A DNA stretch of 64,000 nucleotides from Bacillota bacterium (lineage in GTDB: Bacteria > Bacillota > Clostridia > Lachnospirales > Lachnospiraceae), in assembly GCA_029558315.1 (NCBI GenBank), contig JAKQFQ010000359.1, positions 15,789-79,788 on the forward strand, written 5' to 3'. Of this stretch, positions 37,785 to 45,979 are shown one piece after another. Each line of letters opens with the position of its first letter. Within the stretch, counting starts at the first letter, position 1. The notes under the pieces were generated by a model. That model saw only the letters and a list, made by a program, of their open reading frames with translations. It made no database searches and had not been told where the DNA came from. The translations under genes and the position numbers were made by a program.

Positions 37785-38771
37785 ATGAAAAAGAACGCTT
37801 TGGTGAGTGTCATTGTTCCGGTTTATAATGCACAGGCCTATCTGAATAATTGCATAGAGAGTATCAGTCGGCAGACTTTTTCTGATTTTGAGTGTGTGTT
37901 GGTAAATGACGGCTCTACGGATGAATCGTTGTCTGTTTGCCGGTCATGGGAGCAAAAGGATTCAAGATTTCATGTGATTACAACTCCCAATCAGGGCGCG
38001 GCGGCGGCCAGAAATCGTGGGATAAAGGAGTCTTATGGAGAGTGGGTTGCATTTATTGATTGTGATGATGCAATTGCTGAAGGTTATTTGGAGTATCTAT
38101 ATCATCTGACAAAAAAGTACGGTGCTGATCTTGCGGTCTGCAGTTATGCAAAAATCTATCACAATCGAATTTTGGAGGAAACAAAACAGCCGGTTGAGGA
38201 GAGCTGGTGCTATACGGGGCTTGAAGCAACAAAACGTCTGTTGTACCAGCAATCATTTCTGAGTGTTCCATGGGGAATGTTATCGCAACGAAAGCTTTGG
38301 GATCATGTGGCGTTCCCGGAAGGAACAAAGGCAGAGGATATGGGAACAATCTATCGTTTGTTTCTTGCAACAACGAAAGTTGCCTATGGAAACCGTGCAT
38401 ATTATTACTACTATCAGCGGCCGGGAAATACCATGTTTTCCACACAGTCTGTTCGTAACATTGATTACTATCAGCACAGTAAAACAATGGTGCATGAGAT
38501 TGAAAAGAAAGTTCCGGTATTACGACTTGCTGCGATCAACAGACATTTTGCTGCATGCTTCCAGATATTATCAGAATGTGAAGTCAGAGAGCGCGGGGGA
38601 GAACTCGGACAGAAAATCTATCGGGATATTCGACAGTATCGAAAGCTTGTGCTGGTTGATAAAAGAGCGAAGATTCGAAACCGTGGAGCAGCAGCTCTGT
38701 CAATGATTAGTATCCGGGAGATTCATTGGATTCTTCATTTTAGATATGTGAGGCAAATGAAGCGATTGTAA
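37785..38771 (+). CDS. GT2-family glycosyltransferase
   Basis: VSVIVPVYNAQAYLNNCIESISRQTFSDFECVLVNDGSTDES...FIDCDD. Confidence 0.85.
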   Translation: MKKNALVSVIVPVYNAQAYLNNCIESISRQTFSDFECVLVNDGSTDESLSVCRSWEQKDSRFHVITTPNQGAAAARNRGIKESYGEWVAFIDCDDAIAEGYLEYLYHLTKKYGADLAVCSYAKIYHNRILEETKQPVEESWCYTGLEATKRLLYQQSFLSVPWGMLSQRKLWDHVAFPEGTKAEDMGTIYRLFLATTKVAYGNRAYYYYYQRPGNTMFSTQSVRNIDYYQHSKTMVHEIEKKVPVLRLAAINRHFAACFQILSECEVRERGGELGQKIYRDIRQYRKLVLVDKRAKIRNRGAAALSMISIREIHWILHFRYVRQMKRL

Positions 38772-38795
38772 ATAGCTTGTAGAATGGAGTAAATT

Positions 38796-39881
38796 GTGAA
38801 GAAAATCAGCATGGTTGAATACCAGGGGCGTTGTGATATCCAGGGAAGAGCCGTGGGACATGCACCTAAGGTATTAGAGGAATACTACAATTTTATCAAA
38901 GATGATTATAATGTTCGCATTTTTGCCCCAGAGGTGATATCAAAGCAGCTGCCGGTATCGCTACAAAAAGATACTTGTGAACTTCCCTATCGTATCATTA
39001 TGAAAGGGAAGAAGAGCTTTCTGGCAAAAATTACAGACAAGATGCATATGTTTGGAAACATTAAGAAGGCCATTTACTCCGCAGATGCTGAGGTTTTGTG
39101 GTTTTTTAATGTAGAGTATTATTTGATGCTATATCTTTTCCTGCACAGAAAACCGAAACAGAAAATCGTGTGCACCATGTTTCTGGATGGATATCATGGA
39201 AATGTGACAGCAAAGGTGAAACAATGGGTATTTGAAAAGGCACAGAAGAAAATTGACATAATTCTATCCTCCGGAAGAAAATTTTTATTCGCTAATACGA
39301 TGTCTGAATTTATACCGGATTATTATTATCGACCGGAAATCTATCAGCAATATCAACAGAAGAGTAAGGAGCCTTATGCAGTCTGTCTGGGAACGATGGG
39401 AAAGGGCAAAGAACTTGAAGAGATGGTGCAGGCGTTTAATCGCATCGGCTATTCACTTCAAATTGCGGGCAGATTCTATGACCATGAACGCTTAGTAGAA
39501 TTGAAAAGGAATGCAGGAGAGAATATTACGATCGAGGATTCCTATTTATCGCAGGAGGAATATCTGACAAAATTGTCAAAGGCTGCATATGTAGTGCTGC
39601 CTTACTCGCCAGGACAGTATGCAACCCAAACCTCTGGCGTGATGCAGGAGGCATTGTTTGTTAATACGATTGTGATAAGCTATCAGGATGTGCTTGATGG
39701 TGCGGGAATGTCCGGAATAGGGTTTCACAGGTGGGACGATCTGACGAAAGAACTACTGCAAACGGACCACCAGGAACTTCTATGCGGATATCAGGAACTT
39801 CGGGAAACAGTTTATGCCAGAGAACAAATCAGGGCTGACTATCGAAAGGTTTTTGAAGGAGTAATCAATGAAAGAAGTTGA
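38796..39881 (+). CDS. Hypothetical protein, divergent GT-B-like putative glycosyltransferase
   Basis: GTG start. The C-terminal half looks like a degenerate GT4 donor domain (AVCLGTMGKGKELEEM...VVLPYSPGQYATQTSGVMQEALFVNTIVIS). No clean family motif. Confidence 0.35.
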   Translation: MKKISMVEYQGRCDIQGRAVGHAPKVLEEYYNFIKDDYNVRIFAPEVISKQLPVSLQKDTCELPYRIIMKGKKSFLAKITDKMHMFGNIKKAIYSADAEVLWFFNVEYYLMLYLFLHRKPKQKIVCTMFLDGYHGNVTAKVKQWVFEKAQKKIDIILSSGRKFLFANTMSEFIPDYYYRPEIYQQYQQKSKEPYAVCLGTMGKGKELEEMVQAFNRIGYSLQIAGRFYDHERLVELKRNAGENITIEDSYLSQEEYLTKLSKAAYVVLPYSPGQYATQTSGVMQEALFVNTIVISYQDVLDGAGMSGIGFHRWDDLTKELLQTDHQELLCGYQELRETVYAREQIRADYRKVFEGVINERS

Positions 39882-41316
39882 AGATAGAAAAAAACAGGAT
39901 AAAGTGTTTTTACTGGTGGTCTCAGGTGCACTTTTTTTGACCTTGATTTACTTCCTGTTTGGCGCAGCCCAAAAGGAACTGTGGTTTGATGAAGTCGCAA
40001 TTATCGGCTTTATCAGCGAAGGGCGTACCATTCGTGGGATACTGCATTATTACCTTACAATTGAGGCTTCCAATTTACCCTTATATGCGATTCTTCTACT
40101 GCCATTTTATAATCTGTTTCCGGCAAAAGAATTATGGCTTTTGCTTCCGGGAATCTGTATGGTACTATTTGCAATTGGCATACTGGTGAAGATTGCAAAT
40201 CAGCGGATTGGAAGAACAGCCGCTTATGTTGTGCTGACGACAGGGATTATTTCTACAACAGTCATCAATCGTATGGGGTTGGAACTTCGGGCATATTCAC
40301 TGATGTTTCTATTATCCGTCTTAGTATTGGATCGTTTTTTATGCGCCGAAGAGAAACCGAATTTCAAAAATCTTATTTCTCTGTGGATTTGCGGTTCTTT
40401 ATTGATGTACTCACATTATTTTGGATGCTTATGCATGGCATGCCTTGGTTTTTTCTCATTGTTGGCATTAATTCGTAAAAAAGGTTCTCTTCGAGTTGTA
40501 ATAGCACTCATTGGTTCAGCAATCGCATTTATCCCATGGTTTGTTCTGACTATGAGTGAGACTAGTGTGTCAATCGATTCCTTCTGGATCGAACCGCCGA
40601 AAATGCTCCAGATGCCGGAGACAATAGGGTATTTGCTGGGCGGTAATTACTTTTACAGTATTTTGTTTGGAGTGGGATTCTTGTGGATTCTTTATGATGC
40701 TGTAAAGAAAAAAAGATTTTTTTCGCAGCAAATGCTTTTAACGGCAATGACTGGACTTATTATTGGAGGAGTGTTTATTTACAGCCGTTATATCAGTCCC
40801 GGAGGAGGCTTATATGAGAACCGCTACTTCCTGGTACTGCTCCCTTATGTTCTATTAATCCTGGGATATGGTATCGAACGGGTGAGACAAAAGAGGTTCT
40901 TTAGAATTATTATGGGGATCATACTATTGCTTGGGGCAGTGACCGGAGCCCATAGATGCTATCAGGATACCATGCAACAGTATGATATCTATTCTGCAAG
41001 TGCACAGTATATTCTGGAACAAAATGAAAATTTGCAACAGGATAGTCTGATTATTATGGCAAGTTATGGCGGCGTAGATGAGGTGGCCAATTGGGGATGG
41101 TATCATTATTATCTGGAACGCAGAGGAATTACCCATGTTGCCGGGGTTATGACAGACTGTTCCGGTTCTATTGACCAGACTGTAGAAGCATGTGCAGATT
41201 CTATTCAGAGAATATATGTATTTGGAGATGTTGATCATGCGTCCTACAGCGGAACGGATTACACTATAGTCGACAATGAAGACCTGATTAAACTGACAGT
41301 TTATGAAAGAAAATGA
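39868..41316 (+). CDS. GT-C-type membrane glycosyltransferase candidate (ArnT/PMT_2-like)
   Basis: 482 aa, about 10 hydrophobic segments plus a soluble C-terminal ~110 aa. The first-loop motif KELWFDEVAIIGF resembles the D-E motif of ArnT/PMT-type enzymes. Confidence 0.5.
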   Translation: MKEVEDRKKQDKVFLLVVSGALFLTLIYFLFGAAQKELWFDEVAIIGFISEGRTIRGILHYYLTIEASNLPLYAILLLPFYNLFPAKELWLLLPGICMVLFAIGILVKIANQRIGRTAAYVVLTTGIISTTVINRMGLELRAYSLMFLLSVLVLDRFLCAEEKPNFKNLISLWICGSLLMYSHYFGCLCMACLGFFSLLALIRKKGSLRVVIALIGSAIAFIPWFVLTMSETSVSIDSFWIEPPKMLQMPETIGYLLGGNYFYSILFGVGFLWILYDAVKKKRFFSQQMLLTAMTGLIIGGVFIYSRYISPGGGLYENRYFLVLLPYVLLILGYGIERVRQKRFFRIIMGIILLLGAVTGAHRCYQDTMQQYDIYSASAQYILEQNENLQQDSLIIMASYGGVDEVANWGWYHYYLERRGITHVAGVMTDCSGSIDQTVEACADSIQRIYVFGDVDHASYSGTDYTIVDNEDLIKLTVYERK

Positions 41317-41321
41317 GTATT

Positions 41322-41885
41322 CTATAAAGCTACAGGACGATTGATATAGCCTTCTGTTGCGTTATCTCTATGTCGAATGACTGCTGGGTTGCCAATGACA
41401 ATGGAATGAGCAGGAACATCTGTGGTAACATATGCACCTGGTGCAATCATAACATCATCGCCAATTGTGATGTTGCCAACAATAACGGCATTGGTTCCAA
41501 TCCAGACCTGATTGCCAATGACAGGAGTACCTTTCTTGCTGCCACGATTGATCTGACCAATCGTAATTCCGGTAGAGAGATTGACATTAAAACCAAGAAC
41601 CGCATCAGGATGAATGATGATGCGGCCAAGATGACCAAGATATAATCCTGGTCCGATATTGACCTCGGAAGGAATATTGATTTGCGTTTTGGCAGAGACA
41701 TGCATCAGCTGCAGACCATAAATCAGGCGTAATAGACCGGTACGTCTACGATAGTAGGAAGCCTTTCGCCATAGAATTAAGTATTTCACCTCTGGCGGAA
41801 GAAAGAAGCGCTGTTTTATGGATAATGGTCCCTCGTATATTCTGGACAAATCTTTTTTAATCAATTCTTTACATTCCTGATTCAT
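41322..41885 (-). CDS. Left-handed beta-helix (hexapeptide repeat) O-acetyltransferase, serine-acetyltransferase-like
   Basis: Minus strand with a GAGG RBS. Hexapeptide-repeat region GPGLYLGHLGRIIIHPDAVLGFNVNLSTGITIGQ...VIGNQVWIGTNAVIVGNITIGDDVMIAPGAYV. Confidence 0.8.
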   Translation of the reverse strand: MNQECKELIKKDLSRIYEGPLSIKQRFFLPPEVKYLILWRKASYYRRRTGLLRLIYGLQLMHVSAKTQINIPSEVNIGPGLYLGHLGRIIIHPDAVLGFNVNLSTGITIGQINRGSKKGTPVIGNQVWIGTNAVIVGNITIGDDVMIAPGAYVTTDVPAHSIVIGNPAVIRHRDNATEGYINRPVAL

Positions 41886-41929
41886 AATTTACCTCGTCTG
41901 ACAACACAATTCATCATTCAATGAGAAGA

Positions 41930-41957
41930 TTATACCATAGGTATGCCTTATTTGCAT
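41930..41957 (-). promoter_or_regulatory. Candidate extended -10 promoter for the minus-strand acetyltransferase gene
   Basis: On the minus strand: TGgTATAAT (TATAAT = plus coords 41930-41935), with a weak -35 ATGCAA at 16-nt spacing. Confidence 0.35.
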
Positions 41958-41972
41958 ATGATAGAAAAAGGA

Positions 41973-42001
41973 TTGTTTTTTGTCGTAATTTGTAATATAC
42001 T
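41973..42001 (+). promoter_or_regulatory. Candidate promoter for the LtaS-like gene
   Basis: TTGTTT (41973-41978), a 17-nt spacer, then TATACT (41996-42001). The -35 is weak. Confidence 0.35.
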
Positions 42002-42044
42002 CACCCTTGTGGTTTTTTAATACTAGTAAAGGTTGTTGAGAACA

Positions 42045-43865
42045 ATGAAAAACAAAGGAATTTTATTTATTACTATTTTTATATCGTCCTTCCTGATCGT
42101 TCCTGTTTTATCAATTCTTTTGATCTGGAATTTTTATCCGAAATTGAATCAAATAGGCTTGTTATTAATTAACGCAGTCTTTTTATTGATTTTACAATGC
42201 ATTGTTTATATCCTGACATTTTCATTACGAAGAACCTTAATTAGCTGTACGCTGATTAATTGGATTCTGTTTTCTCTTGATGAGATTGTTTATTGTCTGA
42301 AGAAGACACACGCGATGCCTGGTGATGTATATGCGTTAAGGACTGTTTTTTCTGTTACAGATAATTATGAATTCAATTTTTCGATACGTTTGTTCTGGAC
42401 AACGGCAGCAATGATGGTATTGATTGCCTTAATTCTGTTCGTGACCAAACGCATTAAGAATTATGAGAAGGAATTCTTTAAGAAAAGAAAGCTGAAGACT
42501 GGCTTTCTGATTGTGGTTGTGTCGATTGCATTGGTTTTCTTTCTTGTGCGACTGGAACCCTCGGATTTTACGATCGATCATTATGATAGCGAAATAACAA
42601 ACCGTCAGAATGGACTGATTCTGTCTTTCTATATTAATGCATTATCAATGATGCATAGTCCGCCAGAAGGATATTCTACAGAGGCTGCAATAGAAGGCTT
42701 GCTGGCTTATCCGGATGATACACTTACGATATCGGACAATCAGACGCTTCCCAATGTGATCATCGTGATGGATGAGGCATTTAGCGATCTAAGTATGTTG
42801 GGAGATCTTCAGACCAATGAAGATCCTCTTGAGTATTGCCATTTGCTTAACCAGCAGGATAATGTCATAAGTGGTAAAATGGATGTTTCGGTCTGGGGTG
42901 GATATACCTGTAATACAGAATTTGAGGTTCTGACCGGTAATTCATTGTTTCTGTTTAATGGATTTGTCATACCGTACAATAATCTGATTAGTGAGAATAC
43001 AGATTCTTTATGCAGTTATTTTCATACATTGGGGTATACTAACATAGCGATCCATCCGTTTTGGGGACAGTGCTGGCGAAGAGATATAGTCTATGGACAA
43101 CTGGGCTTTGATCGCTTTATCACAGCGCAGGAGTTTACTTCGGACGGAGAAATCAGAGATGCACAGGATTTTGCCGGTCGGGGGGGCTATGACTTTGGCG
43201 GTGATCTGGAATATATCCGTGAATATATTAGCGATAAAGAATCATTTCTTCGTGTAATCGAGGAGTTTGAGGCCAAAGAGGAGGATGAGAGAGTATTCAT
43301 TTTTAATGTAACCATGCAGAATCATGGAGATTATACCTATGCAGGTGACAATATTGAGTACACAATCAGCAGTAATCGGGTGCAGGATTCCTATGTAAAT
43401 CAGTATTTGTCCTTGGTTGATCGAACTGATGAGGCACTGGAAATGTTGATTCAGTATTTTGAAACTGTTGATGAGCCGGTTGTTATTCTTTTCTTTGGGG
43501 ACCATCAGCCGGGATTAAGGGACAATTTTTATGACACGATGTTTGAAACCACCGAGGATTCCTATACGGTACAGGATCAACAGATGAAATATACAGTTCC
43601 GTATTATATCTGGGCGAATTATGATCTAAATGATGTCTCTTATCCGGAATTGAGCACGAATTATCTTGCCATGGCATTAAAGGATGCCGCAGGTCTGCCT
43701 ATGGATTCCTATGATCATTTCCTTTATCAGCTCTATGACTCATATCCTGCGATGACAGGGAGATTATTGATGCAGGATAATGGCTTGATTTTCAGTAAAG
43801 GTTGCTATTGGAGTGAGGAATTATCTGAATATCAGCTATACCAGTACTATAGAATGTTTGAATAG
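42045..43865 (+). CDS. LTA-synthase-family (LtaS/GacH-like) membrane phosphoglycerol/sulfatase-superfamily transferase
   Basis: N-terminal ~5 hydrophobic segments, then an alkaline-phosphatase-superfamily domain (NVIIVMDEAFSD, GGYTCNTEFEVLTGNS, FFGDHQP). The ORF also opens at TTG 42033. Confidence 0.75.
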   Translation: MKNKGILFITIFISSFLIVPVLSILLIWNFYPKLNQIGLLLINAVFLLILQCIVYILTFSLRRTLISCTLINWILFSLDEIVYCLKKTHAMPGDVYALRTVFSVTDNYEFNFSIRLFWTTAAMMVLIALILFVTKRIKNYEKEFFKKRKLKTGFLIVVVSIALVFFLVRLEPSDFTIDHYDSEITNRQNGLILSFYINALSMMHSPPEGYSTEAAIEGLLAYPDDTLTISDNQTLPNVIIVMDEAFSDLSMLGDLQTNEDPLEYCHLLNQQDNVISGKMDVSVWGGYTCNTEFEVLTGNSLFLFNGFVIPYNNLISENTDSLCSYFHTLGYTNIAIHPFWGQCWRRDIVYGQLGFDRFITAQEFTSDGEIRDAQDFAGRGGYDFGGDLEYIREYISDKESFLRVIEEFEAKEEDERVFIFNVTMQNHGDYTYAGDNIEYTISSNRVQDSYVNQYLSLVDRTDEALEMLIQYFETVDEPVVILFFGDHQPGLRDNFYDTMFETTEDSYTVQDQQMKYTVPYYIWANYDLNDVSYPELSTNYLAMALKDAAGLPMDSYDHFLYQLYDSYPAMTGRLLMQDNGLIFSKGCYWSEELSEYQLYQYYRMFE

Positions 43866-43878
43866 AATGCCAGATAGG

Positions 43879-43909
43879 AAGAACCGGGATACCGGTTCTT
43901 TTCTATTCT
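43879..43909 (+). terminator. Rho-independent terminator
   Basis: 9-bp perfect stem AAGAACCGG / CCGGTTCTT with loop GATA, followed by TTCTATTCT. It starts 14 nt after the LtaS-like stop. It is the only clear hairpin plus T-tract I found in the window. Confidence 0.7.
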
Positions 43910-43964
43910 GAATATCATATGGTACAAGAAAAATGTTTGCATGTGGTATAACTACTATATTTCA

Positions 43965-43994
43965 TATACAAAACCCTGCAAAATATGGTATACT
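43965..43994 (+). promoter_or_regulatory. Candidate extended -10 promoter for the distal operon (asnB-like onward)
   Basis: TATACA (43965-43970), an 18-nt spacer, TGg, then TATACT (43989-43994). A second TGgTATAAC element lies at 43944-43952. Confidence 0.4.
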
Positions 43995-44110
43995 AAATTA
44001 CTAATGTGGTTTGATGGATTTATTATATATAATGCCATTGAGTGTTTAGATGGGCGGAATGATGGAATCCTAAGGATATTGCATGAAAGAATAGAAAGTC
44101 AGGATATTAC

Positions 44111-45979
44111 ATGTGTGGAATTGCTGGATTTGTAGGTAATGGAATAGAGAATAGAGAACATATCATGAAAGCAATGAATCAGCAGCTGATTCACAGAGGA
44201 CCGGACGCAGAAGGCATTTGGATGGATGATAAAAGCGGTGTCACGTTCGGACATCGACGTTTGGCAATTGTTGATCTTTCTGAAAATGGTGCACAGCCAA
44301 TGATTTCATCCAGTGGCCGCTTTGTGATTGCCTATAACGGAGAAATCTATAATGCTTTGGAATTAAAGCAGACAATGGAGCGAAGAGGCCATAGGGCTAT
44401 GTATCGGGGAACTTCAGACACAGAAGTGTTGTTGGAGTTAATTGAAACCTATGGATTAAGTCGTACGCTGCCAATGATTAAAGGGATGTTTGCAATTGCA
44501 TTATATGATAGAGAAGAAAAAACACTGACACTTATTCGAGACAGAGTGGGTGAAAAACCATTGTTTTATGGGTTTGTGAATGGCCATTTTGTATTTGCTT
44601 CAGAGCTTGGAGCGATGCGTCAATTCCCCGGATTTAGCGAGCAGCTTGATGCAGAGGCAATTAAAGAATATATTAGATATGGATATGTGCCGGCACCTCG
44701 AACCATATATCAGAACATTCATAAGTTAATGCCCGGTTCTCTGCTGACATTAGCAGAACCATTTCATAAGAAAACAATTACAACCTACTGGTCTATGGAA
44801 GAGGCTGCTATAAAGGGTGAGAAGAAACCGTTTGGTGGAAGCTTTTGGGAAGCAGCAGAGGAACTGGATCGTTTACTTTGTGAAGCAATCAGAGGACAGA
44901 TGGTCTCCGATGTTGCACTCGGAGCATATTTATCTGCAGGAATCGACAGTGCTACCATTGTTGCACTGATGTCCAAAATAAGTGAAGAGAAGATTAAAAC
45001 ATTTACCATTGGGTTTGAAGACAGAGCATATAATGAAGCAGAAGATGCGAAAAGAATTGCTAAGCATCTTGGGACGGATCATACACAATTATATGTATCC
45101 GAGAAAGAGCTAAAGGATGTGATACCTCTCATTCCGGGAATGTACGGAGAACCATTTGCGGATTCTTCTCAGATTCCAACCTATCTGGTCAGCAAACTGG
45201 CCAAAAGCAAGGTGACTGTTTCGCTTAGCGGTGATGCAGGGGATGAACTGTTTTGCGGATATAGTACTTACTACAAATTATTGCGTGTATTCCAAAAATC
45301 ACAACGCTTTCCAGGTGCTCTTCGACATTCGGCAGGTAAATTAGGAAGCAGGGCTTTTGCCGGAAACCATAAGATCTATCGCTCCGGTCTGTGCTTGTTA
45401 AGCGATGATATATTATCCATGAAGGAAGCATTGGGACATACCAGTTCCATTATGGATCGAATCGCGAAAGGTGCAGTCAAAACAGATGGAGCCACTCCAT
45501 TACAGGATCCCTGTGAGGCAATGATGCTTGATGATATGCTTCATTATCACCCGGATGATATCCTTGTTAAGGTGGATCGAGCGGGAATGGCTGTTTCTTT
45601 GGAAAACCGCATCCCTATGCTGGATCGTGATGTTATGGAATTTGCATGGTCTCTTCCAATTGACTTTAAGTATGATGGCACTACAACAAAACGGATTTTA
45701 AAGGAAGTGTTATATCAATATGTTCCCAAAGAACTGATGGATCGGCCCAAGAAAGGTTTTTCAGTGCCATTGGATCGGTGGCTAAGGGAAGGGGATACGG
45801 CACAATGGGCGAAGGAACTCATGCTTCACAGTAAAGCAGCAGAAGATGGGATTTTGGATAAAAAGCAGATGCAGTTACTGATGAAGGGATTTGAAAAAAA
45901 GGAGGAGCCGTCGCGGTTGGTATGGAATGTACTGATGTTTGAACAGTGGTACCGCGCGAGAAAGGCCTGGACTGTATGA
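44111..45979 (+). CDS. Asparagine synthase (glutamine-hydrolysing) family amidotransferase, AsnB/WbpS-like
   Basis: MCGIAGF N-terminal nucleophile Cys, GHRRLAIVD, and the SGGIDS-type PP-loop variant LSAGIDSATI. 622 aa. Confidence 0.85.
   Translation: MCGIAGFVGNGIENREHIMKAMNQQLIHRGPDAEGIWMDDKSGVTFGHRRLAIVDLSENGAQPMISSSGRFVIAYNGEIYNALELKQTMERRGHRAMYRGTSDTEVLLELIETYGLSRTLPMIKGMFAIALYDREEKTLTLIRDRVGEKPLFYGFVNGHFVFASELGAMRQFPGFSEQLDAEAIKEYIRYGYVPAPRTIYQNIHKLMPGSLLTLAEPFHKKTITTYWSMEEAAIKGEKKPFGGSFWEAAEELDRLLCEAIRGQMVSDVALGAYLSAGIDSATIVALMSKISEEKIKTFTIGFEDRAYNEAEDAKRIAKHLGTDHTQLYVSEKELKDVIPLIPGMYGEPFADSSQIPTYLVSKLAKSKVTVSLSGDAGDELFCGYSTYYKLLRVFQKSQRFPGALRHSAGKLGSRAFAGNHKIYRSGLCLLSDDILSMKEALGHTSSIMDRIAKGAVKTDGATPLQDPCEAMMLDDMLHYHPDDILVKVDRAGMAVSLENRIPMLDRDVMEFAWSLPIDFKYDGTTTKRILKEVLYQYVPKELMDRPKKGFSVPLDRWLREGDTAQWAKELMLHSKAAEDGILDKKQMQLLMKGFEKKEEPSRLVWNVLMFEQWYRARKAWTV

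Noticed and set aside
37199-38706. Several 60-165-aa antisense or alternate-frame ORFs within the DUF5672-like and GT2 genes (37199-37693, 38053-38487, 38263-38706)
   Set aside because: All are nested in coding regions that have clear family motifs in the annotated frame. None has an RBS or domain signature.
43941-44135. 64-aa ORF in the large intergenic gap, overlapping the asnB-like start
   Set aside because: It is aromatic-rich and low-complexity. It covers the predicted promoter elements and runs out of frame into the MCGIAGF start. It has no RBS. The region is more plausibly regulatory DNA or a 5-prime leader.
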